Assembly: GCA_048128005.1 (NCBI GenBank)
Contig: JBEUKZ010000127.1
Location: forward strand, 1-64,000
From: Veleropilina oligotropha
Taxonomy: Eukaryota
Direction of reading: 5' to 3'
Length of the DNA: 64,000 bases
Part shown: positions 1-13,320 of the stretch, in pieces
Layout: each line of letters opens with the position of its first letter
Numbering within the stretch: position 1 is the stretch's first letter
Program-made: the position numbers and the translations under genes
The notes under the pieces: generated by a model
The model's input: the letters and a program-made list of their open reading frames with translations, nothing else
What the model was told of the DNA's origin: nothing
The model's database searches: none

Positions 1-17
1 ATTGTATTCCATCTTAA

Positions 18-422
<405 letters not shown>

Positions 423-753
423 CAACAATGATCAACTTTATATCCTATTATATATACAATGCAAGAATATCCTATACAATACGCTTGTCGTCATTCACCC
501 ATGTCAGTGTACACTATTGGCTGCAACACCATTCTATTTATAGCCATGATCTGCCTTTTATACGGATACAAGTAGTATACATATTATATATATAAACATA
601 AGACAATCTATTTCGATGATAGACAGCGAAGGCTTTTACTGGAATAGCAAAATTATGAAAACAACGCCGTAACGTTCAGGTATGTTGATAGGAAGTTATC
701 ATACGTATTTTATCGTACTAAGAGCGTATAGTCAGACTCACAGCTAATATAGT

Positions 754-1021
754 GGAGGAGGAGGAGGAGGAATGATGCTTAATGTCCTGTATATTTACAA
801 CATCGAGGTTCAAGGCAGGACATGTCCGTGTTATCGCGGGAGGAAACCTCGGTCGCCCGGGTAAACCCGCCCTCTTCGGCCAGTCACGGACAACTGTGAT
901 TCATAACTTGAACAAATTTCAATGCCTCAGCCAGGTATTGAACCCACTACTGTTCGCAATAGCGGAATCAAGCTAGTGAATTTAGAGTGGACACTCTACC
1001 CACTGCGCTGCCGAAGCGGCC
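754..1021 (-). mobile_element. tRNA-derived SINE (family A) with 11-bp TSD
   Basis: The minus strand shows A-box-like GCAGCGCAGTGG, B-box GGTTCAATACC, a central GGTTTCCTCCC motif and a (CCT)n tail. Flanked by GCTAATATAGT at 743-753 and 1022-1032. Further copies lie at ~21680, ~40470 and ~63790. Confidence 0.85.
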
Positions 1022-1716
1022 GCTAATATAGTAGACATGAACGTAGGCGTATACACATTATCGCCAGCCAAATATTGACTTCCGGGTTGCTGATATGCAT
1101 TTATAATATCATTGTATTGATCGGTGTCTGTTAAGACATGCCATCTAAAATAAATAGGTGTCAAATTTAAATACTAAATTATGTATAGTCTTAGTGCTGT
1201 TTATATACTGGTTACAATTAAATGTCCTAGCTAGCTCAACTGGGGTGAGTTCAACGGAAGCGAACGTTAGCTAACACCACCTAACGCTTTATGGGATACT
1301 GAATGCCATTTGAAAACTTCCGTCATCTTAACGAATAAAAAATATATTGGTTAACAAGTAATTTATGAAATAGAAAGTCTTTATTTTACATCTGCATTTT
1401 AATTTCATATTGCTTTTAGTATTGAACATATAGGAGCTGCAGATGATCCGCTTAACTAGTAAAATTAACTACAATAGGTGTATGAATTTTACCTCTCGTA
1501 GCCATCGAAAAATATATTGTTCTCCATGATTTCATCTAAACTTGTAGTTATTTATAATACGATTCAGCAGAGAACACAAAAACGAGCAATCAATCGGGTC
1601 CGAGCTCTTTTCTTAATAATAATAAAAAGCCTGTTTGCAAACCATGAGGTTAAATATTGTTATTTTTTATAGTCAACGCTCTCAAGCGAACAGGTTTGTG
1701 CGAAGCAGATGACATT

Positions 1717-4700
1717 ATGAAGAGAATGCTGCATTGGAGCAGCGGAAAATATGGGCATAAACATAGCGACAGCGCTAGGAACGAACGCAAAGCATTGGAA
1801 AAACCAGCAATAGAACAAACAACGAAACGAGATGATCTACTTAAAAGAGGACCGGAAGCGCCCAGACCACCACCACCAATGATGTTTGCTGCATCAAGTG
1901 GCAAACAGGATATTGAAAACAGAATGAAACACCCAATACCAGAGCCAACATTGTTACACGCTCAGACGAGAAGTGAAGGTGTCCCACCGCCGCCTCCACC
2001 TCCTCGCCCTGTGCCAGAGTTTGCGCCATTGAGTAGAAATGCTGAAGATGATGGAAAGACTCGCCAACTTTTCCATGCGACAACAAGACTTAGTGTCAAT
2101 CACAATGTTCAGCTTAGAATGATTGCACCAACCAGTGGAAAAAGCGGATATGAAACCGTGGAACCTCCGCTTGCACCACGAAGGCGAAATCTTGAGCCCC
2201 CGAAAGGACCGAAAAAAGAAGATACGAATACACAATCAAAATTTGCGATTTCGTTACAAAATCTGAGGATGCTTATACCGTCTAGTGGAAAAAACAGATA
2301 CGAAATCATGGGAGATCCGCTTTCGGGAACAGGGAACATGGAAGAATTAAGGAGGTTGGATCAACAGCAGCATGCAATAAAGGTATATAAACTAGATTAA
2401 ATCAACAAATACTTTGATTTCATTGCGATTGATCATTTTGAAAGTTGTCATCACATTAGTTGCATGCCCATATTATCGTGAACTGGAAACCCGACATATC
2501 GTGGAAAACTTATCCTATTGGCAGTTATTCGTATTTAGTTATTAGCTATTTGTTTTAAGTGAAAATTGAACAAAGATGAATTTACTTAATTTTCATGGAC
2601 ATTATATTATCAGCACACCACCATATTCTTATTCACAACATTATATTATCAACACTCCACCATATTCTTATTCACAACATTATATTATCAGCACTCCACC
2701 ATATTCTTATTCACAACATTATATTATCAGCACACCACCATATTCTTATTCACAACATTATATTATCAGCACACCACCATATTTTTATGGACATTATATT
2801 ATCAGCACTCCACCATATTCTTATTCACAACATTATATTATCAGCACTCCACCATATTCTTATTCACAACATTATATTATCAACACACCACCATATTCTT
2901 ATTCACAACATTATATTATCAGCACACCACCATATTTTTATGGACATTATATTATCAGCACTCCACCATATTCTTATTCACAACATTATATTATCAGCAC
3001 TCCACCATATTCTTATTCACAACATTATATTATCAGCACACCACCATATTCTTATTCACAACATTATATTATCAGCACACCACCATATTCTTATTCACAA
3101 CATTATATTATCAACACACCACCATATTTTTATGGACATTATATTATCAGCACTCCACCATATTCTTATTCACAACATTATATTATCAGCACTCCACCAT
3201 ATTCTTATTCACAACATTATATTATCAGCACACCACCATTTTCTTATTCACAACATTATATTATCAGCACACCACCATATTCTTATTCACAACATTATAT
3301 TATCAACACACCACCATATTCTTATTCACAACATTATATTATCAGCACTCCACCATATTCTTATTCACAACATTATATTATCAGCACACCACCATATTCT
3401 TATTCACAACATTATATTATCAGCACTCCACCATATTCTTATTCACAACATTATATTATCAGCACACCACCATATTTTTATGGACATTATATTATCAGCA
3501 CTCCACCATATTCTTATTCACAACATTATATTATCAGCACACCACCATATTTTTATGGACATTATATTATCAGCACTCCACCATATTCTTATTCACAACA
3601 TTATATTATCAGCACTCCACCATATTCTTATTCACAACATTATATTATCAACACACCACCATATTCTTATTCACAACATTATATTATCAGCACACCACCA
3701 TATTCTTATTCACAACATTATATTATCAACACTCCACCATATTCTTATTCACAACATTATATTATCAGCACACCACCATATTCTTATTCACAACATTATA
3801 TTATCAGCACTCCACCATATTTTTATGGACATTATATTATCAGCACTCCACCATATTCTTATTCACAACATTATATTATCAGCACACCACCATATTCTTA
3901 TTCACAACATTATATTATCAGCACTCCACCATATTTTTATGGACATTATATTATCAGCACTCCACCATATTCTTATTCACAACATTATATTATCAGCACA
4001 CCACCATATTCTTATTCACAATATTATATTATCAACACTCCACCATATTCTTATTCAGAACATTATATTATCAGCACTCCACCATATTCTTATTCACAAC
4101 ATTATATTATCAGCACTCCACCATATTCTTATTCACAACATTATATTATCAGCACTCCACCATATTCTTATTCACAACATTATATTATCAGCACTCCACC
4201 ATATTCTTATTCACAACATTATATTATCAGCACTCCACCATATTCTTATTCACAACATTATATTATCAGCACTCCACCATATTCTTATGGACATTATATT
4301 ATCAGCACTCCACCATATTCTTATTCACAACATTATATTACCAACACTCCACCATATTCTTATTCACAACATTATATTATCAACACTCCACCATATTCTT
4401 ATTCACAACATTATATTATCAGCACTCCACCATATTCTTATTCACAACATTATATTATCAGCACTCCACCATATTCTTATTCACAACATTATATTATCAG
4501 CACTCCACCATATTCTTATGGACATTATATTATCAGCACTCCACCATATTCTTATTCACAACATTATATTATCAACACTCCACCATATTCTTATTCACAA
4601 CATTATATTATCAACACTCCACCATATTCTTATTCACAACATTATATTATCAACACTCCACCATATTCTTATTCACAACATTATATTATCAGCACTCCAC

Positions 4701-7700
4701 CATATTCTTATTCACAACATTATATTATCAGCACTCCACCATATTCTTATTCACAACATTATATTATCAGCACTCCACCATATTCTTATGGACATTATAT
4801 TATCAGCACTCCACCATATTCTTATTCACAACATTATATTATCAACACTCCACCATATTCTTATTCACAACATTATATTATCAACACTCCACCATATTCT
4901 TATTCACAACATTATATTATCAGCACTCCACCAGATTCTTATTCACAACATTTTCACATTCACAAACATATGCATACAAACAGACTCGCATACATCTTCA
5001 TACAAACAGACTCGCATACATCTTCATACAAACAGACTCGCATCCATCTTCAATTTAAATTCACTTACTTATTACTATTTATTATAAAATGGATGTTATA
5101 AGGGCGAGAGTACCTTAACAGGAACCGTCTGCTTACGACTCCACAATCGCCTTTCCTTTCTCATATAATTGTTTTCTTACATTTGATGTACGAGCAAGGA
5201 ACATAAATATCGATCTAATATGACACTCAGCACATGATAATTAATATCATTTTCATGTTTTGTTTTGTTTGAAAAATTGTCACATATGCAAGTTTGATTA
5301 CAGATCTCAAACGATGACCAAATATTACGTGATTTTACGTCAAATAGGGAGTTAGTGATGCGCATGCTCAAAAGAGAAAATGACCTGAGATTTTCGAACG
5401 AAACGCAGAAATTGTATGATTGTAAAAGTCTGCAAGAGGCTTCCATTCCGCCGATGTCTATCGAAGATGATATGCAGCGACAGGTCCTCCGTGAACACGA
5501 CATTCCCGACACCGATGCTAATCTCCACCTTTATCGTTGTTTAAATGGTATCTACTTGGATGATATGGAGGTACTAATATTCCCTTGGAAACATTAGATT
5601 ATTAATTTAAAGCGAGTACATTTTCGCATCTATTGTCATAGTGTGACGTTACCGTAGCAATAAATCTAGGAGAATCAGGTGAAACCCACCCACTCTAGCT
5701 AGATATGATCAATCGCCAGAGCTGATGACTTGAGTTCACTCCTGCGAGACAGTATTAGTGAATTTAATTTACACACATATTGGCGCCATTTGTCTTGGAA
5801 TGTGCCTTCAGGACAGGATTATTGATCATACGACGAGTCACAGGTGGACTTTGATTGGCTGTCCATAGATGTCCATTCCTTTTACGTTATTTGTGCATGA
5901 TGCACTTGTACAATGGTCGCTTAAAGTTATATAATTGGGGCGACACCTGACGGATATTTATATACCGTATTCGCTTCTTGCAGGTGCGGAATTTGATTGT
6001 GTACATGAAACAAGACTTTAGTCGGGAAGGAAACTTGAGAGCAGGTGATTTGTGGCCGGATGTGACGCTGCTTACGTTAGACAAGCGGCAAGTGCGCATG
6101 TCAGACTACTTCCGGGATCAGGAGAAACCTTTCCTGGTGTTCGGAGGATCAAGAAGCTGACCCCCAGTTCAGGTGGGTGGATTAATACTGCTTCCCATTT
6201 AACAAAGTAATTATCGATTATATCAATTATAATATAAACCCATTAAATATGAACTTATATGCTTATTGGAAATCATTTCATACTTAGAGGACATGAAATA
6301 ATTGCTAACGCTTTACCTTTGGATCCGCTGTGACATTTATTAAATCCGACATCACAAAAAACATCTTAATTTACAATTCATGTGATCACAACTCTTTAAT
6401 AACGGTAGCCGACTATAATGCATAAAAGTTTCATCAATCCAATATCACAGAGTCTATACAATATTATATTCTTCTGCTGTACTATCAGCGATGATGTATT
6501 TTTCAGGTCTCCGTTTTAAACGGAGTCCTGCGCAGTCAGTTCTTAAAGTACAAGAACAAGGCTAACTTCCTGTTTGTGTACGTTCTTGAGGCCCACGCCA
6601 AGGACCAATGGCCGCTGGGAATCGAACGCAGCACACTCAACCAGCATGCAACAGTGGACGAGAGAATAGCGGCCTCCAGGTGTGATTTCGTATTTTATTG
6701 TTATTTATATATATATTTATTTGTTATGTGTTAATGCTTGATGTATGATTATGGTAAATTTCGGTTGGTTCGGGGTGCCAGCCAGGATCATATACCAGTG
6801 TACGGTCTAATTATAGTGGTGAATTGCATTGTTGCCTGAGACCCGCCAACCTAGAATGTTATGGACAGCTGTGACTGATAACTGCACTCAGTATGCAGCC
6901 GAAGATTCATTTTAAATCCCGTCAATGGAGCAGTAGGACGAGTTAATTATTGTTCTCCACTCAATCACTGGGCGGCCCGTTTATGTTGAGAAAGATACAA
7001 AGTCTTATTCTACAACTACAGTTAACCATATTGTCGTTTTCTCTCATGAAGTCTCAGAACTTTCAACAAGATAGGAGACAATTGAATGTTTTAAAGTTCT
7101 TTAAACGTATGATGTTTTCATATTGCAAGAAAACTTTTCCTTATAATTTACTATAAAAACATATTTGTCAAACGCTTCTGCCGCTATATTATAATAGGCC
7201 GCTTGGTCACCCATTCACAACCTTTCACCGCCCCGACCATAGGCCGCTTGGTCACCCATTCACAACCTTTCTCCGCCCCGACCATAGGCCGCTTGGTCAC
7301 CCATTCACAACCTTTCACCGCCCCGACCATAGGCCGCTTGGTCACCCATTCACAACATTTCACCGCCCCGACCATAGGCCGCTTGGTCACCCATTCACAA
7401 CCTTTCTCCGCCCCGACCATAGGCCGCTTGGGCACCCATTCACAACCTTTTACCACCCCGACCATAGGCCGCTTGGTCACCCATTCACAACCTTTCACGC
7501 CCCGACCATAGGCCGCTTGGTCACCCATTCACAACCTTTCACCTCCCCGACCATAGGCCGCTTGGTCACCCATTGGTCACCCCGACCATTTTGCGATGAG
7601 TGCCCTTCATGTCTTGTTAGATGTCACTCACAAGGGCAAGGAAATAAGCATATGTTTGCCTCGGTCCACCCAGCCGATCTGAATGGGTACCTGGTTGGAA

Positions 7701-8329
7701 GTTATGTATATCACTGCGCTACCCGCGTGTAAATGACTGTAATGCTCCCAGAGGGAGCTGAGAGGGTATATCGAGTGGAACAGGCTTATAACCAGGGGTA
7801 ATAAATAGTAATGTTTAGCGCATTGAGACATTTGCCGAATAATGCGCCATATAAGACCGTTAAATTAATTAATTCGGGTCACCCCCACATTTACATATTG
7901 ATGACTTTGAAAGTTTGGTTAATGATTGAATAACCCTTTAAGCCGTTGGTCGAATGTAATTTCACTGTAACATGTCGGAAAATCAGCTCTTTTATTTATA
8001 CTATATCATCTTATAAGTATATTTCAGAATGGAATATCCGTCTTAACCGATAATGAACATGCAATTTCGCATTTTTTTCGAAAAATAAGTACTTTTATTA
8101 CAGAACGCTTCTACTCGAGGACACCCATTCGACCTTCACGGTGTCGGTGGATGACGACATGCACATCCCGTTGGTGGTGGACCAAATGGACAACGCATTC
8201 AACGCCGTGTACGCTGTGTGGCCGGAGAGACTCTACATCATCTTCAAGAAGCGGATCTACTACATCAGTAAGCCGGACGACGGCCTTCTGACCGACGTGG
8301 TGCGGGAATTCTTTGACGAAAATCTTTAA
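1717..8329 (+). CDS. Iodothyronine deiodinase-like selenoprotein (~506 aa); exons 1717-2382, 5304-5570, 5984-6172, 6507-6679, 8104-8329; Sec UGA at 6158-6160
   Basis: All four introns are GT-AG with compatible phases (0,0,0,2). The spliced product has deiodinase motifs in order: GDLWPDV, KPFLVFGGSRS-U-PP, FLFVYVLEAHAKDQWP, QHATVDER, VVDQMDNAFNAVYAVWPERLYII. Attachment of the Pro-rich first exon and the exact start are less certain than exons 2-5. Confidence 0.85.
2588..4951. repeat. Intronic minisatellite of 39-bp units interspersed with a 36-bp variant (~60 units)
   Basis: CATTATATTATCAGCACTCCACCATATTCTTATTCACAA repeated, with a variant ending TTTTATGGA or CTTATGGA. Lies in intron 1 of the deiodinase-like gene. 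Confidence 0.97.
4973..5052. repeat. 26-bp tandem repeat x3
   Basis: CATACAAACAGACTCGCATACATCTT repeated. Confidence 0.9.
7192..7575. repeat. 45-bp minisatellite (~8.5 units) in intron 4
   Basis: ATAGGCCGCTTGGTCACCCATTCACAACCTTTCACCGCCCCGACC repeated. Confidence 0.95.
7633..7870 (+). mobile_element. 5'-truncated SINE (family B; CORE-like centre, L2-like tail)
   Basis: GGGCAAGGAAATAAGCAT...TTGCCTCGGTCCACCCAGCCGATCTGAATGGGTACC...GCGCATTGAGAC...ATAAGACC matches the full copies at 48436 and 52183. Confidence 0.85.
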
Positions 8330-9022
8330 GGCGACTTCAGACACGGATGAAACCAGACAACATACTTATGTTCCAAAATATCTCTCCTTAATTGATTTCA
8401 AAGATGTATAAATGGAACTGAATTTCTCTCTGAAATAACCTGTTCTTGGAAGGTAAAAAGACGACAAAACTAATGCAATGAAATAGACCACAGCGCAATT
8501 TTCAATTGTAAAACGTTGTATATTAATGCCTCAAAATGTCTAATTTATTCCAACATCAAATCAAGCGTTTATGTGTGCAATCATTATGGAACATCTAAAT
8601 TGTTAAATTATTCAAATAATGAATACACATTTGACAGTATATACAGCTAGTATATACATGCATGGTGGTTACCAGACTTATTTGTTGGTATTAAGTTGAT
8701 ATTTCTTGATTATATTTATCGTTTTATGTAAAAAGAATCTTATTTTTACGATTTCCGTGCATTTAAAAGGAGAAGATTGCATTGCAAGAACATGCGTTTC
8801 AGGAAATAACATATTGTTACCATACCAGCAGTTTTAACTTTAAGGGTAAGCCACTCAGATTACATTTATCTTTTTATGTTTATTACAAATTACTTGTTTG
8901 TCTACATTATTTAACATTTGCTTCCTTTCATTAGATTACCATATATTTTATATCCATATGGGTTTATAGCCATTATTAGTACCGTTAATGTGTTTATTGT
9001 CTTATTAATATGAGGAAGAAAT

Positions 9023-9133
9023 TGGCAAATTTGCATAATCACTTCGTGAAAATGATTCTCTGCAGAACATCTCTGATATCAGTGGTTTGCAGCGTTGATA
9101 TGCGCAACGCGAGAGCGATTTTGCAATGTTGTC
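9023..9133 (+). promoter_or_regulatory. Candidate SECIS element (type II-like) in the 3' UTR of the deiodinase-like gene
   Basis: ATGA core at 9052-9055, helix CTGCAG/TTGCAG, unpaired AA, apical mini-stem CTGA/TCAG and 3' TGAT at 9096-9099. Long lower helix: TTCGTG/CGCGAG, AATC/GATT, TTGCA/TGCAA. Lies between the stop (8329) and AATAAA (9204). Confidence 0.65.
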
Positions 9134-9203
9134 ATATGATGTATTAATTCACGTAAAACTTATATTTCAAGAAAGGTATATTTTTAATATTATGTATTAC
9201 TGA

Positions 9204-9209
9204 AATAAA
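9204..9209 (+). terminator. Putative polyadenylation signal of the deiodinase-like gene
   Basis: AATAAA about 70 nt after the SECIS candidate, followed by GT-rich sequence. Confidence 0.5.
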
Positions 9210-9264
9210 GCAGTGTGGAAGAAATTTGATTGCGTGGCTAATTGTTTTGAATTCGATGCGGTTA

Positions 9265-10381
9265 GAGTACGTTACATGCACCCATGCTGCGGGAGATACG
9301 ATCATATGAAAGGTTGCGTACATGCAGGATCCCCGGGAGATACGATCATATGAAAGGTTGCGTACATGAAAGATCCGCGGAAGATACGATCATATGAAAG
9401 GTTGCGTATATGAAAGATCCCCATCGACTGGATCGATGTAGTTACAGTATGTTACATGCACCCATGCCGCGGGAGATACGATCATATGAAAGGTTGCGTA
9501 CATGAAGGATCCCCGGGAGAAACGATCATATGAAAGGTTGCGTACATGAAGGATCCCCGGGAGACACGATCATATGAAAGGTTGCGTACATGAAGGATCC
9601 CCGGAAGATACGATCATATGAAAGGTTGCGTACATGAAGGATCACCTGGAGATACGATCATATGAAAGGTTGCGTACATGAAGGATCACTGGGAGATACG
9701 ATTATATGAAAGGTTGCGTACATGAAGGATCCCCGGGAGATACGGTCATATCAAAGGTTGCGTACATGAAGGATTCCCGGGAGATACGATCATATGAAAG
9801 GTTGCGTACATGAAGGATCACTGGGAGATACGATCATATGAAAGGTTGCGTACATGAAGGATCCCCATCCACTGGATCGATGTAGTTACAGTACGTTACA
9901 TGCACCCATACCGCGGGAGATACGATCATATGAAAGGTTGCGTACATGAAGGATCCCCGGGAGATACGATCATATGAAAGGTTGCGTACATGAAGTATCC
10001 CCATCCACTGGATCAATGCAGTTACAGTACGTTGCATGCACCCATGCCGCGGGAGATACGATCATATGAAAGGTTGCGTACATGAAGGATCCCCGAGAGA
10101 TACGATCATATGAAATGTTGCGTACATGAAAGATCCTCATCCACTGGATCGATGTAGTTACAGTACGTTAGATGCACCCATGCCGAGGGAGATACGATCA
10201 TATGAAAGGTTGCGTACATGAAGGATCCCGGGAGATACGATCATATGAAAGGTTGCGTACATGAAGGATTCCCATCCACTGGATCGATGTGGTTACAGTA
10301 CGTTACATGCACCCATGCCGCGGGAGATACGATCATATGAAAGGTTGCGTACATGAAGGATCCCCATCCACTGGATCGATG
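9265..10381. repeat. Composite minisatellite with two interleaved modules (~44 bp and ~48 bp)
   Basis: Module A is GGGAGATACGATCATATGAAAGGTTGCGTACATGAAGGATCCCC. Module B is ATCCACTGGATCGATGTAGTTACAGTACGTTACATGCACCCATGCCGC. Confidence 0.95.
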
Positions 10382-10629
10382 CTCAACGTCCCAATTTAAC
10401 ATCACATCAGGGCTTTTATATATTATCGCGTGAGAAACGCCTTGGGAAATCCGCTCTTACAGGACAGTGACGGACAACTGTGACTGTCAATTGTACAAAG
10501 TATTCACTCCTGTTAGTCAGAGCACGATGGCGCGTCATTTGGGAGCCACGCTCTTACCCATTGCATTACCTGTAACCATTACACCACCGATGCCGCTACC
10601 CCTGCTTGGGAATGTAATAAAGTTGTAAT

Positions 10630-11220
10630 GAAGAGTTTAGCAAAATTTACGTTCTCCCATGTAGTGGTGTGAGAAGGTATTGCCATTGGGTCGGTAAGTA
10701 TGTCTGTCTGTCCGTCCGGGACCATATCTCAATAACCCTTGATCCGATTTACTCAATTTTTGTACACGAGATAGGGTCCACCTTACGCCCAAAGGATCCG
10801 GATTTTATGACGCAATTTCCCTATTTCCGGTTTAAGGATTGTTAAACATATCTCAAAAACAGTTGATCCAATTTACTCAATTTTATGATACAAGGAAGGG
10901 TCCACCCTAGGCTCGGTCCTTTTCACAGATGATCGAAATCGGAAAGCGGATCCGTGTTTTATGGTGCATTTTCCGGTTTGCGGCTCTATCACAACGACCA
11001 TTGATCAGATTTACTCAATTGTTTTGATACAGAATAGGGTCCACCATAGGCTCGGTCCTCTTTAAAGATGATCGAAGTTAAAATGGAGATCGGGAATATA
11101 TAACGGAATTTCCAGTTTGCGGATTTTCGTTTCACCGTACAAATTATACGCAGAGATTTTTAGCTTTCACCATTCCTTGCCACCGGGGCGAAGGTTTGCA
11201 GTCTCTGATTGCCTTGTTTA
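10630..11220 (+). mobile_element. Non-autonomous Helentron/DINE-1-like (HINE) element
   Basis: GTCT/GTCC microsatellite near the 5' end and three ~130-bp internal repeats (GATC..ATTTACTCAATT...AGGGTCCACC at ~10741, 10865, 11003). The 3' end reads GGCGAAGGTTTGCAGTCTCTGATTGCCTTGTT. Confidence 0.6.
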
Positions 11221-12159
11221 TAGTGGTTGACGAGTAAAATGAAGGTAACATTAAATGTCCGCAGTTATTGATGATGATGAGGATGATTACGAATTTTACG
11301 AGGTATTCCACGATGTTCATAACTTCGACCTCTTCTCATTGTAGTTGTCGTATTTCTTTATTTTATGGATATCGACTTATGTCGCACACACTTGTCTAAC
11401 GTAGCCAACGTACCACTCCAGGACCACCAAAAAAAAGATGATTATGCGGATTTTGTATACCGCATGTCAGATAATACTTATTTGCTCATCCTTACACGCC
11501 TTCATCCTTTAACACCAAAATATTAATCGTAGGAAACGCGAAGACCTAATAATAGTGTTTATCAGTTACTGATGTTCTACCGTCAAAGAGAATAAAATTC
11601 AAATTTACCAACGAAACGCTTATCAACATAATGTATTTTTTTTACTATCAATGTATTTTGGTGTTAAGGTTTATGCCTTATGATTGGTATACGTATACTG
11701 TACGTCTCATGTATTTCGGATTCAACATTGCCGTAATTTTAGCTAACTTTAATGTCTTCAAATTTAACATGATCCAGGTCAACGGATTCGTTATAGTGAC
11801 GTCCCAAGCGGTGAACATAAAGGCATGACAAAAATCTCGTCGCATTGACGATCATATGAAATAATGGTGTTTGTGAACCATGCCAATTTAAAATTGATAT
11901 CGTAGTACGCAACGACGTTCACGCACATGACACTAGAATTTCTATTTGTCATTGTAAATGCAGGCATTTATCCGGGGATACAAAGACATATGTACATAAC
12001 TTCCTGATATTTAACACCATCAGGGAGCTAGCTTCACATCTCGGATAGTGTGCCCTTCGACAATTGTTTAAATTAATCTAGTAAACCTTCTCGCTCTGTT
12101 TATTAAAACTGAATTCATTATACTGATGTGACATATTTACGATGGCTTATTAGGATCAC

Positions 12160-12420
12160 CACAGAAAATGCAATTTTGAGTATCCTGAGAAAAAGTGTTT
12201 TTTCACTACCCTGAGAAAAATGCGTTTTTCAGAACCAAGAGAAAAATGTTATTTTCTGTACCAAAAGAAAAAGCTTTTTTTCAGTAGCCTGAGAAAAAGT
12301 GTGTTTTCAGTACACAAAGAAAAAGTGTGCTTTCAGTTTCCGGAGAAAAATGCTTTTTTCAGTAGCCTGAGAAAAATTCGTTTTTCGGTACCCGGAGAAA
12401 AATGCTTTTTTTCACAAGCG
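12160..12420. repeat. Degenerate ~29-bp tandem repeat
   Basis: About 8 units of the form CCTGAGAAAAA..TGTTTTTTCAGTA. Confidence 0.75.
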
Positions 12421-12774
12421 CGTTATCAAATGGGAATATAACTGTAATATTTTAGTGAAAGCACGTACATGGTGGAAACGAACACGCTAGTTTACACATA
12501 ACAGGTAAGTTATTGAATAAACGAACAAATTTGAATCACATGAAATATGTATCTGCGGTCTGTGTTAATTGTAGGCTACTTCTTTTCCGGACGTTGTTTA
12601 AATACATAGATGATAAAACAATCTAAATCCGATGCAAGCCTTCAAGCGTAACTTCACGTGAACACATGTAATTTTTTAACACTGCATGCGGTCTGTGTTG
12701 AGACGTTCCACCACCAACCCCTGTGAAATTTGTGAGCGATGTATTACCAATCTATGGTGGCATATTTCTGTTTT

Positions 12775-13320
12775 CCACATATTCACATATCCACTTAATT
12801 ATATGGTCTTAATATCTAGATATTTATGTGGATATCTAGATAATATATCTAGTTAGCGACATCCATGATCTTTTTGCATAACAGGAATATGTCATTCGAA
12901 AATCTATGCAGTGATTCAAGCTGCCATCGACATATCCACATACTTATATAATAAAACGGACAGCCGGACAGAACGCCAGAGTCACGCCAGGAAGTGTTGG
13001 TCACCTAAAATTGGCAATACTTTCAAATTGCGTGATTGAACGCGGGTTAATGAGTGCCTACGCATTGCGTTAAATGAGATTTCAGCGTTTATTGTCTGCG
13101 ATTTTTCCGTTGTCTTTATGTAGATATGTAGATGGCACTTCGGAGCATGGCGTCGATTTTTGAAAGATATATATTAGTGCACAACAGTATGTATCTCTCT
13201 AACTAGATATATTATATATATATCGACATAATTATGTGACTAAGTAAATATATTATGTAGATAACTACATAATTATCTAGATAATAAGACCATATAAATA
13301 AGTGATATGTGAATATGTGG
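12775..13320. mobile_element. MITE with ~70-bp imperfect terminal inverted repeats
   Basis: CCACATATTCACATATC..CTTA..TATATGGTCTTA is mirrored by TAAGACCATATA..TAAGTGATATGTGAATATGTGG. Confidence 0.75.

Noticed and set aside
2576..5101. 841-aa and 830-aa repetitive ORFs
   Set aside because: Two frames are open only because unit lengths are multiples of 3. The region lies within a phase-compatible intron and shows no codon-position bias.
7184..7528. Repetitive ORFs on both strands
   Set aside because: A 45-bp intronic minisatellite.
8345..8400. Alternative SECIS at the ATGA just after the stop codon
   Set aside because: No convincing helix II pairing.
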